Shown: positions 49,611-59,543 of the stretch, in pieces
Position numbering within the stretch: the stretch's first letter is position 1
Layout: every line of letters starts with the position of its first letter
NCBI RefSeq assembly: GCF_036675785.1
Contig: NZ_JAKFEF010000069.1
Span: forward strand, 46,239 to 110,238
DNA: 64,000 bases
Direction of reading: 5' to 3'
Origin: Aromatoleum sp.
GTDB lineage: Bacteria; Pseudomonadota; Gammaproteobacteria; Burkholderiales; Rhodocyclaceae
The notes under the pieces: generated by a model
Told to the model about the DNA's origin: nothing
Databases searched by the model: none
What the model saw: only the letters and a program-made list of their open reading frames with translations
Program-made: the position numbers and the translations under genes

Positions 49611-49650
49611 TTTCCGGGGGCTCGACACGAGCCCTTCGGATGTCCTCGCG

Positions 49651-49681
49651 AACGGCCGGCGACAAACTGGCCGTTTTTTTA
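49651..49681. terminator. Rho-independent terminator between convergent nirS2 and the glsB-like gene
   Basis: AACGGCC-(11 nt)-GGCCGTT followed by T7. Confidence 0.75.
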
Positions 49682-49691
49682 TTTGCGCCGG

Positions 49692-49937
49692 CTACCGGCG
49701 GCGCAAGCGCGTGAAGACGAACAGGATGATGATCGCGCCGACGATCGCGCCGATGAAACCGGCAGGTTCGTCCGCGCGATAGAGGCCGAGGAACTGCCCG
49801 CCGTAGGTCGCGAGCATCGCGCCCGCAATGCCGAGCAGCGTCGTCAGGATGATCCCGATTCCGTCGCGGCCCGGATGCAACAGACGGGCGATCAGCCCGA
49901 CGATGAACCCGATGACGATTGTTCCGATGATGGACAT
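49692..49937 (-). CDS. GlsB/YeaQ/YmgE-family transglycosylase-associated membrane protein
   Basis: MSIIGTIVIGFIVGLIARLLHPGRD...GAIVGAIIILFVF. GGAGG lies upstream of the ATG at 49937. Confidence 0.85.
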   Translation of the reverse strand: MSIIGTIVIGFIVGLIARLLHPGRDGIGIILTTLLGIAGAMLATYGGQFLGLYRADEPAGFIGAIVGAIIILFVFTRLRRR

Positions 49938-50761
49938 GCGTACCTCCTGCCGAATCCCCGTCCATCTTCGGGCGCCCTCTCGGGCCATGCTGCAAGAAAC
50001 TGTTTCCAGTGCGGCGCATCGATACGCGCGAGGGTCTCCCGGACGACCGCGAGTTCCGCCGCGTGCGCAGCGGCGTCGAGCTGGCCGCGCATGCGCTGGA
50101 ATCCGAGATACACGAGATAGGTATTCACGACATCGGTCTCGCAATAGTCGCGGATTTCCGCCGCTCGCCCCTCCTGCCACGCCGACCACACTGCCGACCC
50201 GTCCATCCCGAGCTTGCCCGGGAAACCCATCAGCTTCGCGAGTTCATCGAGCGGCGCATTCGCGCGCGGCTGATACAGCGCGAGCAGGTCCATCAGGTCG
50301 AGATGGCGGCTGTGATAGCGGCCGATGTAATTGTTCCACTTAAAATCGCGCGAGTCGTGGTAGTCGCCCTCGCCCTGGTCCCAGTAGCGCGGCGCCGTAA
50401 CGCCGTGCTGCATGCCGCGGTAATGCAGTACCGGCAGGTCGAAGCCGCCGCCGTTCCACGAGACGATCTGCGGCGTGTAGCGCTCGATGCCGTCGAAGAA
50501 GCGCTGGACGATCTCGCCCTCGGTGCAATCAGGCTCGGACAGCGAGAACACGCGGAACTGATTCGCGTCGCGCAGCGCGCACGAAATCGTCACGATGCGC
50601 TGCAGGTGATGCTGCAGGAAGTCGCTGCCGTTCGCGGCCCGCCGCTGCTGGAACGCAAATTCGGCGACCTCGTAGTCGCTCAGGTCGGCGGGCAGGTCGT
50701 TGAGCGCGCGGATGCCGGCGACGTCGGGGATCGTTTCGATGTCGAAGACGAGGATCGGCAT
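49892..50761 (-). CDS. Predicted 3'-5' exonuclease (PolB-exonuclease-like / DnaQ-fold)
   Basis: MPILVFDIETIPD...IVSWNGGGFDLPVLHYRG...YCETDVVNTYLVYL, the Exo I-III-like motifs. The low-complexity C-terminal tail overlaps the glsB-like gene by 46 nt. Confidence 0.8.
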   Translation of the reverse strand: MPILVFDIETIPDVAGIRALNDLPADLSDYEVAEFAFQQRRAANGSDFLQHHLQRIVTISCALRDANQFRVFSLSEPDCTEGEIVQRFFDGIERYTPQIVSWNGGGFDLPVLHYRGMQHGVTAPRYWDQGEGDYHDSRDFKWNNYIGRYHSRHLDLMDLLALYQPRANAPLDELAKLMGFPGKLGMDGSAVWSAWQEGRAAEIRDYCETDVVNTYLVYLGFQRMRGQLDAAAHAAELAVVRETLARIDAPHWKQFLAAWPERAPEDGRGFGRRYACPSSEQSSSGSSSG

Positions 50762-51183
50762 CACTTGCGCCCCCAGCCGCCGCGCTGCACCCACCAGCCG
50801 GACGGTGCGCGGTCAATCCAGCGTTCGCCGAAGGTCTTGCGCACGTCGGCTTCCCATTCGGGGTGCCCGTTCGCGCGCGCGATCTCGCGGTAGAGCGCCG
50901 CGCGATCGGCGTTTTCCGCCGCGACCAGCGCATTCACCTGGCCGCGCTGCGCGAGCGGCACCCCGGAAGCATCGCGCAGTGCGACGTTGCCGTCGGCGGC
51001 GAGGCCGATCACGCCCGAGTCATACAGCGGTGTGAGCTGCGCATGCCGGCGCTGCATCGATTGCTTCAACGCCGCGATCGCCGGCGTGTCGATCTCGAGG
51101 TTGCCTTGCGCGACGGCGAGGCCGGCGACGCCGAGCAAAATAATCGCGAACCACGCTCGGACAATGGGCATCAGCGGGATCAT
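50761..51183 (-). CDS. ydbL: YdbL-family periplasmic protein (DUF1318)
   Basis: VAAENADRAALYREIARANGHPEWEADVRKTFGERW. Confidence 0.85.
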   Translation of the reverse strand: MIPLMPIVRAWFAIILLGVAGLAVAQGNLEIDTPAIAALKQSMQRRHAQLTPLYDSGVIGLAADGNVALRDASGVPLAQRGQVNALVAAENADRAALYREIARANGHPEWEADVRKTFGERWIDRAPSGWWVQRGGWGRK

Positions 51184-51371
51184 TTTTCGTCTCCTTCCAT
51201 CGGTTGCGGCGCGGCCGGCGTCGCGCCGCCGGGCAGTTGCCAGACGTCGTCGATGATGCGATCGGCCGCCTTCTCGGCGGCCGCCGCCGGAAAATAGATG
51301 TTGATCGTTACGCACGCGCTGGCGCTGGCGACAAGGGCGCCGAGCATCGCGATGCTGCGGAGGGCAGTCAT
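51180..51371 (-). CDS. ynbE: YnbE-family small lipoprotein
   Basis: 63 aa with lipobox ASASAC followed by VTINIYFP. Located between ydbH and ydbL. Confidence 0.75.
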   Translation of the reverse strand: MTALRSIAMLGALVASASACVTINIYFPAAAAEKAADRIIDDVWQLPGGATPAAPQPMEGDEK

Positions 51372-51434
51372 GCGGACTCCTGAAGGACCGGCGCTACGCC
51401 GGGAAGGATGTGGGCGTCGCCGCAGCGGCGGTCG

Positions 51435-53495
51435 CTAGCGGACGATCGGAGCGGTGTTCGACGCGATCACCCGCTGCAGCCGGCCGATCAGTACGTTCCA
51501 ATCGACGCGGCGATTGTAGCCGATGACATTCAGCGCCGGGATGCCGCCGCCGCGCACGAGGTAAAACCCCTCGCCCGCGCCGCCGACATCCGCGAGGCCA
51601 CTCATCGTGCATACGCCGCGGCGCAGGACGCAGGAAAGACCGATGTCGCGATAGCCGAACGTCTCGAACAAGCCGATGAAGCCGCGCTGCAGCGCCGCGA
51701 CCGCACCGGCTCCGCCCAGCGCGCCGATGTTCTGCACCGCCCGCTGGCTGACCCGGCGACCGTATGAACCCGGGCTGCTCGCGACGCGCGCATCGAACTT
51801 CACCGGTCGCCACCCGGCGAGGTCCAGCCCGACGATGTCCGCGTCGATCAGACCGGTGATGCTCCCGAACGAGAAGGTTTCGGTCAGTTGCCCGAGGTCG
51901 ATCGACCGCGCCTCGACGTCCGTGTAAAGATGCGGCGCGACGCCGAAAGGCTCGAGAAGATGCAGACCCGTCGCCTGCACGTAGCCGCCGAAGACCGAGA
52001 TCACTAGTGCGCCGTCGAGCGCGATCTCGCCGGGCGAGACGCGCAGGTTCGGCAGCGACGCGGCCAGCGTGCCGGACATCGCGGGCAGGCCGGCCGCCTC
52101 GGTCAGCCGGCTCATCGACACCGGCTCGACGACGAGTGCACCGCTCCCGTGCCAGCCCGTCCGATCCTTGCGCAGCACCAACTCGTCGACGACGAGCGCG
52201 CCGTCGAGCAGTGGCACTTCGACGCGTTCGACCTCGAGGCGGGATCCGGAAAGCCGGGCCGCAACGTCGAATTCGCCGAGCGCTAGTGTCTGCCAGCGGC
52301 CGCCGCCGACCGCGAGCGTCGCCACGATTTCCCGGTCCGCGCGCCATGGCACGGAGCCGGTCAGCGGACCGAAGCTCAGGGCCTTGTCAGTCAGCCTGAA
52401 CGCGGCCTCGTCGAGCGCGACGTCGAGCGCGCGCAACGCCCCGTTTTCGATCTCGATCCCGGCGCTCAGCCGGCCGGCGAATTGCAGTTGCGCGGCATCG
52501 GCCGGAGCGAGCGCCGGCGCGAGAAAGCGCGGACCGACGACCGCGAGATCGGCATCGGCGACCGACAGCGCGAGGCGGCGCAGGGCAGCCTTTCGCAGGT
52601 CGAACTTGCCCGCGGCGGCGATCGTGCGCACACCTGCAAGCTCGAGATGCGCGCGATCGACGGTGAGCGAACCCGACGTGTACCGCCCCGCTGCGTCGAT
52701 CACCGGACCCGCGACGAGGTAGACCGGATGTACATAGGCTTCGCCGCCGGTCCACGCGACACGCCCCTCCCAGTTCCATCCTCGAGCCGCGGCGCGGGCG
52801 CGCACGTTGACGTCCAGCGCGACCTTTTCCGCCGCGCGGAGGCCGTCCGCGCTCGCGAACCCTGCGTCCCGGAGCGTGGCCGAGGCGATGAGCCGGCCGC
52901 CGTCCTCGCCCGGCGAATAGTCGAGGCGCCCGTCGAGGCGCCCGCTCGGCTGCCATGACGCGAGTTCCGCGAGTCCGGCGGCGAGTCGGGCGACGCGGAC
53001 GCCTGCGAGCCGAAGCTCGCCCCCTCCATCGCGCCCCACGGACAGATCGACCGCCTCGCCGTCACCGAAGCGCAGAGTCGCCTCGCCGCTCCCGTCACCG
53101 GTGTCGAAGCGGAAACCGACCGCCGCGGCGTCGATCAAGCCGGGCACCGAGAGCGTGCCCGCGCGGCAGTCGACGACAGCGCGCTCGAACCGGAACCGGG
53201 CGCAGCGGATGCTCGAACGCTCCCAACGGTGCCCTCCGGCCTCGATGCCCCGGATCGCCATCTGCGCGGTTTCGCCGTCCCCATCGATGCGGACGCTCAG
53301 TCCGTCGATGACGAATGCGGGGTGCTCGAAGCGGCCGAGTTCGAGATGCAGCGAGCCGACGGATGCAAGCGCCGGCCGGACGACGATCAGCAGGAGAAGG
53401 AGCAGCGCGAGGCGGCCGCGCGGAAAACGGGCCGCACCGCCCGCGTGGGGGCGATCAGCCGGGGAAAACGCCCGTCGACAGATAACGGTCGCCAC
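51435..53495 (-). CDS. ydbH: YdbH-like AsmA-family intermembrane transport protein
   Basis: N-terminal TM helix and a long repetitive beta-rich body, with a C-terminal YdbH-like region (GSYGRRVSQRAVQNI...GYRDIGLSCVL). The annotated start overlaps the cysM 3' end by 41 nt, so the true start may lie downstream. Confidence 0.8.
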   Translation of the reverse strand: MATVICRRAFSPADRPHAGGAARFPRGRLALLLLLLIVVRPALASVGSLHLELGRFEHPAFVIDGLSVRIDGDGETAQMAIRGIEAGGHRWERSSIRCARFRFERAVVDCRAGTLSVPGLIDAAAVGFRFDTGDGSGEATLRFGDGEAVDLSVGRDGGGELRLAGVRVARLAAGLAELASWQPSGRLDGRLDYSPGEDGGRLIASATLRDAGFASADGLRAAEKVALDVNVRARAAARGWNWEGRVAWTGGEAYVHPVYLVAGPVIDAAGRYTSGSLTVDRAHLELAGVRTIAAAGKFDLRKAALRRLALSVADADLAVVGPRFLAPALAPADAAQLQFAGRLSAGIEIENGALRALDVALDEAAFRLTDKALSFGPLTGSVPWRADREIVATLAVGGGRWQTLALGEFDVAARLSGSRLEVERVEVPLLDGALVVDELVLRKDRTGWHGSGALVVEPVSMSRLTEAAGLPAMSGTLAASLPNLRVSPGEIALDGALVISVFGGYVQATGLHLLEPFGVAPHLYTDVEARSIDLGQLTETFSFGSITGLIDADIVGLDLAGWRPVKFDARVASSPGSYGRRVSQRAVQNIGALGGAGAVAALQRGFIGLFETFGYRDIGLSCVLRRGVCTMSGLADVGGAGEGFYLVRGGGIPALNVIGYNRRVDWNVLIGRLQRVIASNTAPIVR

Positions 53496-54345
53496 GGTCG
53501 CAGACGATGGAGACGATCACGGCGTTCTCGAGTCCGGCGGCGAGTCGCACCGCGACGTGCAGCGCCCCGCCCGACGAGATACCGGCGAAGATTCCTTCCT
53601 CGCGGGCGAGCCGGCGCGTCATCTCCTCGGCGTCCGCCTGGCTGACGTATTCGAGCGCGTCGACCCGCGGCTTCTCGTAGATCCTGGGCAGGTAGGCTTC
53701 GGGCCACTTGCGGATGCCCGGAATCTGCGACCCTTCCTCGGGCTGGCAGCCGATGATCCGGATCGCGGGATTCTTTTCCTTCAGGTACTGCGAGCATCCC
53801 ATGATCGTGCCGGTCGTCCCCATGCTGCTGACGAAATGGGTGATGCGTCCGCCGCTCTGCTCCCAGATTTCGGGACCGGTCGCTTCGTAGTGCGACAGCG
53901 GGTTGTCCGGGTTCGCGAATTGGTCGAGGATGATCCCCTTACCCTCGTCGCGCATCCGCTCCGCGACATCGCGCGCCATTTCCATCCCGCCTTCGCGCGG
54001 CGTGAGCACGAGTTCGGCCCCGAACGCGCGCATCGTCTGTCGGCGCTCGATGCTCTGGTTTTCCGGCATCACGAGGATCATCCGGTAACCGCGCATCGCC
54101 GCCGCCATCGCGAGCGCAATGCCAGTGTTGCCGCTGGTCGCCTCGATCAGCGTGTCGCCGGGACGAATGTCGCCGCGCGCCTCCGCGTGCACGATCATCG
54201 ACAGCGCCGGCCGGTCCTTCACGGAGCCGGCCGGGTTGTTCCCTTCCAGTTTCGCGAGGATCACGTTGTTGCGCCCCGCGCCGATGCGCTTCAGGCGCAC
54301 GAGGGGCGTGTGGCCGACGTAGTCTTCGAGCGTCTTGTATTCCAT
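53455..54345 (-). CDS. cysM: Cysteine synthase B (CysM-type PLP enzyme)
   Basis: MEYKTLEDYVGHTPLVRL...NPAGSVKDRPA...TSGNTGIALA. An alternative ATG lies 15 nt upstream at 54360. Confidence 0.9.
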   Translation of the reverse strand: MEYKTLEDYVGHTPLVRLKRIGAGRNNVILAKLEGNNPAGSVKDRPALSMIVHAEARGDIRPGDTLIEATSGNTGIALAMAAAMRGYRMILVMPENQSIERRQTMRAFGAELVLTPREGGMEMARDVAERMRDEGKGIILDQFANPDNPLSHYEATGPEIWEQSGGRITHFVSSMGTTGTIMGCSQYLKEKNPAIRIIGCQPEEGSQIPGIRKWPEAYLPRIYEKPRVDALEYVSQADAEEMTRRLAREEGIFAGISSGGALHVAVRLAAGLENAVIVSIVCDRGDRYLSTGVFPG

Positions 54346-54454
54346 TTCCCGGTATTCCATCTGCTGCGAATGCCCGATATTAAGCGGGCGCCACGGGCGG
54401 GCACCCCGGCGCAGCGGCATAAGCTTATAGCAGTGGCCGTGCCGGAAATCCCGT

Positions 54455-55777
54455 TCAGCGGCGGCCGATGCCGTGATATTCGAGACCGTAGCGCTTCATC
54501 ACCGCCGGCTCGTACATGTTGCGGCCGTCGAACACGACCGGCGCCCTGAGGGTCTGCCGGATGCGTTCGAAGTCGGGGCTGCGGAACTCCTTCCATTCCG
54601 TCACGATCACGAGCGCATCGGCGCCTTCGAGCACGCTCATCGGGCGCTCGACGAGGGTCAGCCGGACGTCATCGCCGAAAATGCGTCGGGCCTCGCCGAC
54701 CGCGACCGGATCGTAGGCCGCAACCGTCGCGCCGCGGCGGAACAACTCGGCAACGACCGTCCGGCTCGGCGCGTCGCGCATGTCGTCGGTGTTGGGTTTG
54801 AACGCGAGCCCCCACAGGCCGAAATGCTTCCCGGAAAGGTCTTCGCCGAAACGGGCGACGATCTTGTCGACGAGCCGCAGCTTCTGCGCCTCGTTCGCCG
54901 ACTCGACGGCGTTCAGTATCTGCAGGTCGTGACCCCGTACACGGCCGATGCGCATCAGCGCTTTCACGTCCTTCGGAAAGCACGAGCCACCGTAGCCGCA
55001 ACCCGCGTACAGGAATTGCCAGCCGATGCGCGGGTCCGAGCCGATGCCCTGGCGAACGAGCTCGATGTCGGCGCCCAGCGTCTCGGCTAGGTTCGCGAGC
55101 TCGTTCATGAAGCTGATGCGTGTCGCCAGCATCGCGTTCGCCGCGTACTTCGTCATCTCCGCGCTCTTCACGTCCATGACGAGGACCTTTTCGCGATTGC
55201 GCTGGAACGGACCGTAAAGCTCCCGCATCAGCTCGATCGCGCGTTCGTCCTCGGCGCCGACGATGATGCGGTCCGGGCGCATGAAATCCTCGACCGCGGC
55301 GCCTTCCTTCAGGAACTCGGGGTTCGAGACGACGCTGAATTCCAGGTTCGACTCCCGCCGGCGCAACTCGGCGGCGATCGCCGCGCGGACCTGATCACCG
55401 GTCCCCACCGGAACCGTCGATTTGTCGACGACCACGCGGTACCCGTCCATGTAGCGGCCGATGTTGCGTGCCGCGGCGAGCACGTACTGCAGGTCGGCCG
55501 AGCCGTCCTCGTCGGGCGGCGTGCCGACCGCGATGAACTGCATGGTCCCGAAGCGAGCCGCGGCCTCGACGTCGGTCGTGAAGGACAGCCGCCCGGCCGC
55601 GACGTTGCGGCGCACGATCTCGAGCAGTCCCGGCTCGTGGATTGGGATGTCGCCGCCCTCGAGGACCCGGATTTTCGCGGGATCCAGGTCCAGACACAGC
55701 ACGTCGTTGCCGACATCCGCAAGACAGGCGCCGCTGACGAGTCCGACATATCCGGTTCCGACGACAGATATCTTCAT
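54455..55777 (-). CDS. ugd: UDP-glucose 6-dehydrogenase
   Basis: [20 protein letters not shown]...GGSCFPKD. Confidence 0.95.
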   Translation of the reverse strand: MKISVVGTGYVGLVSGACLADVGNDVLCLDLDPAKIRVLEGGDIPIHEPGLLEIVRRNVAAGRLSFTTDVEAAARFGTMQFIAVGTPPDEDGSADLQYVLAAARNIGRYMDGYRVVVDKSTVPVGTGDQVRAAIAAELRRRESNLEFSVVSNPEFLKEGAAVEDFMRPDRIIVGAEDERAIELMRELYGPFQRNREKVLVMDVKSAEMTKYAANAMLATRISFMNELANLAETLGADIELVRQGIGSDPRIGWQFLYAGCGYGGSCFPKDVKALMRIGRVRGHDLQILNAVESANEAQKLRLVDKIVARFGEDLSGKHFGLWGLAFKPNTDDMRDAPSRTVVAELFRRGATVAAYDPVAVGEARRIFGDDVRLTLVERPMSVLEGADALVIVTEWKEFRSPDFERIRQTLRAPVVFDGRNMYEPAVMKRYGLEYHGIGRR

Positions 55778-55839
55778 GGTGCGCCCCCTGTTGAAAGGTC
55801 AGACTTCGGTTGCTGCTCGTAGGCGGACGGCGGACGCCC

Positions 55840-57015
55840 TCAGGGCTCGAGGTCGTATTCCTCCGTCCGGCGCGGCGGATAGGTCTCCCAGCCGCCGCAC
55901 GCGGGGCAGCGCCACTGGAACTGGCGCGCCTTGAAACCACATTCGGTGCAGCGGTAGCGGGCGACACGACGGGTATGATCGTGGATCAGTTGCTTGACGA
56001 GCTCGATGTCGCTGCGCTGCTCGGCCGGCGCGCTCAGAAGCGCCGCTTCGAGCAGCTTGTCGAGTCCGAGCAGCGTCGGGTTGCGCCGCAGCTCTTCGCG
56101 GACGAGATCATAGGCGGCACGGGCGCCAGCCTTTTCGAGTTCCCAGTGGAAGACTTCGTCGAGCAGATCCAGCGACGGATGCCGCTCGAGCCACGAACGC
56201 AACAGCGTCTGGCCCTGCTCGACCCGGCCGAGCCGCCGATGGGCCTCCATGACCCGCTCCGCGACGAGCGCGAGATAGACCGGATCCTGGCTCTCGACCC
56301 GTTTCCACGTCTCGATCGCCTCCTCGTAGCGCTGCTCGGCGACGAGCACGTCTCCGAGCACGAGGCTCGCCCTGACGCAACGCCGGTTGACCGCGAACGC
56401 CTCGTCCAGGTAACGACGTGCGGCGTCGAGGCGCGAACTCGCCACCGCGGACGTCGCGAGCTCGCAGTAGAAGTTCGCGACCTCCTTGCGCCACAGCACA
56501 CTCTCGTGATCCGGAAGGGCCTTTGCGGCCTCGACCGCCTTCTCCCAGTCCTTTTCCTGCTGGTAGATCTCGAGCAGGAACCGCATCGCGAGGTCGTTGA
56601 GCCGCGAACCGCAAAGCCGCGCGAAAACCGCCTCCGCGCGGTCGAGCAGGCCGGCTTTCAGGTGATCCTGTCCGAGTTCGGCGAGCGCCTGCAGCCGCTG
56701 CTCCTCGGAAAGGTCCTCGCGATCGACGAGGTTCTGATGCATCCGGATCGCGCGGTCGGTCTCGCCGCGGCGCCGGAACAGGCTACCGAGCGCGAAATGC
56801 AGCTCGACCGTCTGCGGATCGATCTTCACCGCCTCGATGAACGCGTCGATCGCCTTGTCCTGCTGCTCGTTCAGCAGGAAGTTCAGGCCGGACAGATACG
56901 AGCGCGGCAACGCGCGCGACTCATGGACGACCTGACGGATGTCGATGCGGGCGGCAAGCCAGCCGAGCGCGAAAAACAGCGGTAGCGCCAGTAGCCACCA
57001 GAATTCGATGTCCAT
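55840..57015 (-). CDS. lapB: Lipopolysaccharide assembly protein LapB (YciM)
   Basis: N-terminal TM helix, TPR repeats, and a C-terminal rubredoxin-like motif CTECGFKARQFQWRCPACGGW. Confidence 0.92.
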   Translation of the reverse strand: MDIEFWWLLALPLFFALGWLAARIDIRQVVHESRALPRSYLSGLNFLLNEQQDKAIDAFIEAVKIDPQTVELHFALGSLFRRRGETDRAIRMHQNLVDREDLSEEQRLQALAELGQDHLKAGLLDRAEAVFARLCGSRLNDLAMRFLLEIYQQEKDWEKAVEAAKALPDHESVLWRKEVANFYCELATSAVASSRLDAARRYLDEAFAVNRRCVRASLVLGDVLVAEQRYEEAIETWKRVESQDPVYLALVAERVMEAHRRLGRVEQGQTLLRSWLERHPSLDLLDEVFHWELEKAGARAAYDLVREELRRNPTLLGLDKLLEAALLSAPAEQRSDIELVKQLIHDHTRRVARYRCTECGFKARQFQWRCPACGGWETYPPRRTEEYDLEP

Positions 57016-57020
57016 ATTGT

Positions 57021-57335
57021 TCAGAACATCTCGGGCGCCTGGACCTCGGGCAGACGCTCCGCCGACGCGGGCGCGGTCTCACGTTCGCGCAGCGCCCGGT
57101 CGAGCTGTCGCCGCAGCCGGGCGATTTCGCGACGCTGCCGCAGCAGTGAGCCGAAGGTCGCCGTTACTCCGAGCAGTGCACCGGCCGAAAACGCGACGAG
57201 GATCACGAACACCAGCGGCAGTTGCCAGTGGCTACCGAAGAAAAACTGGAGGCTCACGAGATGGTCGTTCTTCACTGCGAAACCGAACAGGAAGAAGAAC
57301 AGCAGCAGCCGGATTATCCACATTACGATGCGCAT
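57021..57335 (-). CDS. lapA: Lipopolysaccharide assembly protein LapA (YciS)
   Basis: Two TM helices and a charged C-terminus, immediately upstream of lapB. Confidence 0.8.
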   Translation of the reverse strand: MRIVMWIIRLLLFFFLFGFAVKNDHLVSLQFFFGSHWQLPLVFVILVAFSAGALLGVTATFGSLLRQRREIARLRRQLDRALRERETAPASAERLPEVQAPEMF

Positions 57336-57363
57336 GGGCGTCGATTATCTCTGAGCGAAACGC

Positions 57364-57390
57364 AAAAAAGAAGGCGGCTCGCGCCGCCTT
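57364..57390 (-). terminator. Rho-independent terminator after ihfB
   Basis: AAGGCGGC-tcgc-GCCGCCTT, with T6 on the minus strand. Confidence 0.8.
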
Positions 57391-57432
57391 CCCACACTAT
57401 TGTGTTGCAAACTGAATACCGATTGCCGCCTG

Positions 57433-57717
57433 TCATCCGGCAATATCGACGCGCTCCCGCAACTCCTTGCCCGCCTTGAAATGGGGGACGTACTTCTCCG
57501 GCACGAGCACCTTGTCGCCGGATTTCGGATTCCGTCCCACGCGAGGCGGCCGGTAGTTCAGCGCGAAGCTGCCGAACCCCCGGATCTCGATGCGATCCCC
57601 GCGCGCGAGCGCGTCGGACATCGCATCGATCACCATCTTGACCGCGTAATCGGCGTCCTTTGCGACCAGCTGCGGAAAGCGTGCCGCCAGCTTCGCAATC
57701 AGCTCCGATTTGGTCAT
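57433..57717 (-). CDS. ihfB: Integration host factor subunit beta
   Basis: [17 protein letters not shown]...[30 protein letters not shown]. Confidence 0.95.
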   Translation of the reverse strand: MTKSELIAKLAARFPQLVAKDADYAVKMVIDAMSDALARGDRIEIRGFGSFALNYRPPRVGRNPKSGDKVLVPEKYVPHFKAGKELRERVDIAG

Positions 57718-57729
57718 GACAGCCCGAGC

Positions 57730-59439
57730 TTAATGCTTCTGCTCGTTGAGCTTAGCCTTCAGCAGCGCACCCAGGTTCGTCGTACCGCTGGCGGCAGAGC
57801 TGTCAGCGGCGAGCTTCTGCATCGCATCGCTCTGCTCGGCCTGGTCCTTCGCACGGATCGACAGGTTGATCGAACGCGTCTTGCGATCGACGTTGATGAT
57901 CATCACCTCGACTTCCTGCCCTTCCTTGAGCACGGTCGTCAGGTCGTCGACACGATGCGCAGCCGCTTCCGAAGCGCGCAGGTAGCCTTCGACTTCGTCA
58001 TTCAGGGCGACGACCGCGCCGCGCGCGTCGACCGATTTCACGGTGCCGCCGACGATGCTGTTCTTCTCGTGCGTCGCGATGAAGTTCGTGAACGGATCGC
58101 CCTCGAGCTGCTTGACGCCCAGCGAGATGCGTTCGCGCTCGACATCGATCGCCAGCACGACGGCCTCGACTTCGTCGCCCTTCTTGAAGCGACGCACGGC
58201 TTCTTCGCCCGCGTCGCTCCATGACAGGTCGGACAGGTGAACCAGACCGTCGATACCCCCTTCCAGGCCGATGAACACGCCGAAGTCGGTGATCGACTTG
58301 ATCTGGCCGCGGACCTTGTCGCCCTTCTTGTGATTGATCGCGAAATCGTCCCACGGGTTCGACATGCACTGCTTCATGCCGAGCGAGATGCGGCGGCGGT
58401 CTTCGTCGATCTCGAGAATCATCACTTCGACTTCGTCGCCGAGCTGGACGACCTTCGTCGGGTGGATGTTCTTGTTGGTCCAGTCCATTTCGGACACGTG
58501 GACCAGACCTTCGATGCCCTGCTCGACTTCGACAAACGCGCCGTAGTCGGTGATGTTGGTCACCTTGCCAAACAGACGCGTGCCCTGCGGGTAACGGCGC
58601 GAGATGCCGACCCACGGATCTTCGCCGAGTTGCTTGAGGCCCAGCGAGACGCGGTTCTTTTCCTGGTCGAACTTGAGGACCTTCGCGTCGATCTCGTCAC
58701 CGACGTTGAGCACTTCCGACGGGTGACGCACGCGACGCCAGGCCAGGTCGGTGATGTGCAGCAAACCGTCGATGCCGCCCAGATCGACGAACGCACCGTA
58801 GTCGGTGATGTTCTTGACGATACCCTTGACGACGGTGCCTTCCTTGAGGTTTGCGAGCAGCTTTTCGCGCTCTTCGCCCATCGTCTCTTCGAGCACGGCG
58901 CGGCGCGACACGACCACGTTGTTGCGCTTGCGGTCGAGCTTGATGACCTTGAATTCGTATTCCTTGCCTTCGTACGGCGAGGTGTCCTTGACCGGACGCA
59001 TGTCGACCAGCGAGCCCGGCAGGAACGCACGGATGCTGTTGGTCATGACGGTCAAACCACCCTTAACGCGACCCGAGATCAGCCCCTTGACCAGCGTGCC
59101 TTCGTTCAGCGCCCGCTCAAGGTCGTTCCACGCGGCGATGCGCTTGGCCTTCTCCCGCGACAGGCGGGTTTCGCCGTAGCCGTCTTCCAGTGCGTCGATG
59201 GCGACGTGGACAAAGTCGCCGACAGTGACTTCGAGTTCGCCGCGGTCATCGCGAAACTCTTCGATCGGCACATAGCTCTCGGACTTGAGGCCGGCATTCA
59301 CGACAACGAAGTTGTGGTCGATGCTGACCACTTCGGCAGTGATCACCTCGCCGGAGCGCATTTCCTGCCGGGAAAGGCTCTCTTCGAACAGATCGGCGAA
59401 ACTTTCCTGGAAATCGGAAACGGGGGTGGCAGTCGTCAT
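57730..59439 (-). CDS. rpsA: 30S ribosomal protein S1
   Basis: Six S1 repeats with N-terminus [10 protein letters not shown]. Start trimmed to the ATG at 59439. Confidence 0.97.
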   Translation of the reverse strand: MTTATPVSDFQESFADLFEESLSRQEMRSGEVITAEVVSIDHNFVVVNAGLKSESYVPIEEFRDDRGELEVTVGDFVHVAIDALEDGYGETRLSREKAKRIAAWNDLERALNEGTLVKGLISGRVKGGLTVMTNSIRAFLPGSLVDMRPVKDTSPYEGKEYEFKVIKLDRKRNNVVVSRRAVLEETMGEEREKLLANLKEGTVVKGIVKNITDYGAFVDLGGIDGLLHITDLAWRRVRHPSEVLNVGDEIDAKVLKFDQEKNRVSLGLKQLGEDPWVGISRRYPQGTRLFGKVTNITDYGAFVEVEQGIEGLVHVSEMDWTNKNIHPTKVVQLGDEVEVMILEIDEDRRRISLGMKQCMSNPWDDFAINHKKGDKVRGQIKSITDFGVFIGLEGGIDGLVHLSDLSWSDAGEEAVRRFKKGDEVEAVVLAIDVERERISLGVKQLEGDPFTNFIATHEKNSIVGGTVKSVDARGAVVALNDEVEGYLRASEAAAHRVDDLTTVLKEGQEVEVMIINVDRKTRSINLSIRAKDQAEQSDAMQKLAADSSAASGTTNLGALLKAKLNEQKH

Positions 59440-59543
59440 AAAGAATGGAAATCCAAAAACCGCCCGAAAGCGGCACGCAGGGGTTGATTGAAAAAATAGG
59501 CGTTCAGACCTATGTCCGGCCACCCACCTCAGAGGACGCTCGA

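Noticed and set aside
54337-54360. Duplicated ATGGAATAC at the cysM 5' end, giving MEYREMEYKT.
   Set aside because: It probably just creates two alternative start codons. Homologues begin M-x-YKT, so the downstream ATG (54345) was chosen. There is no further evidence of function.
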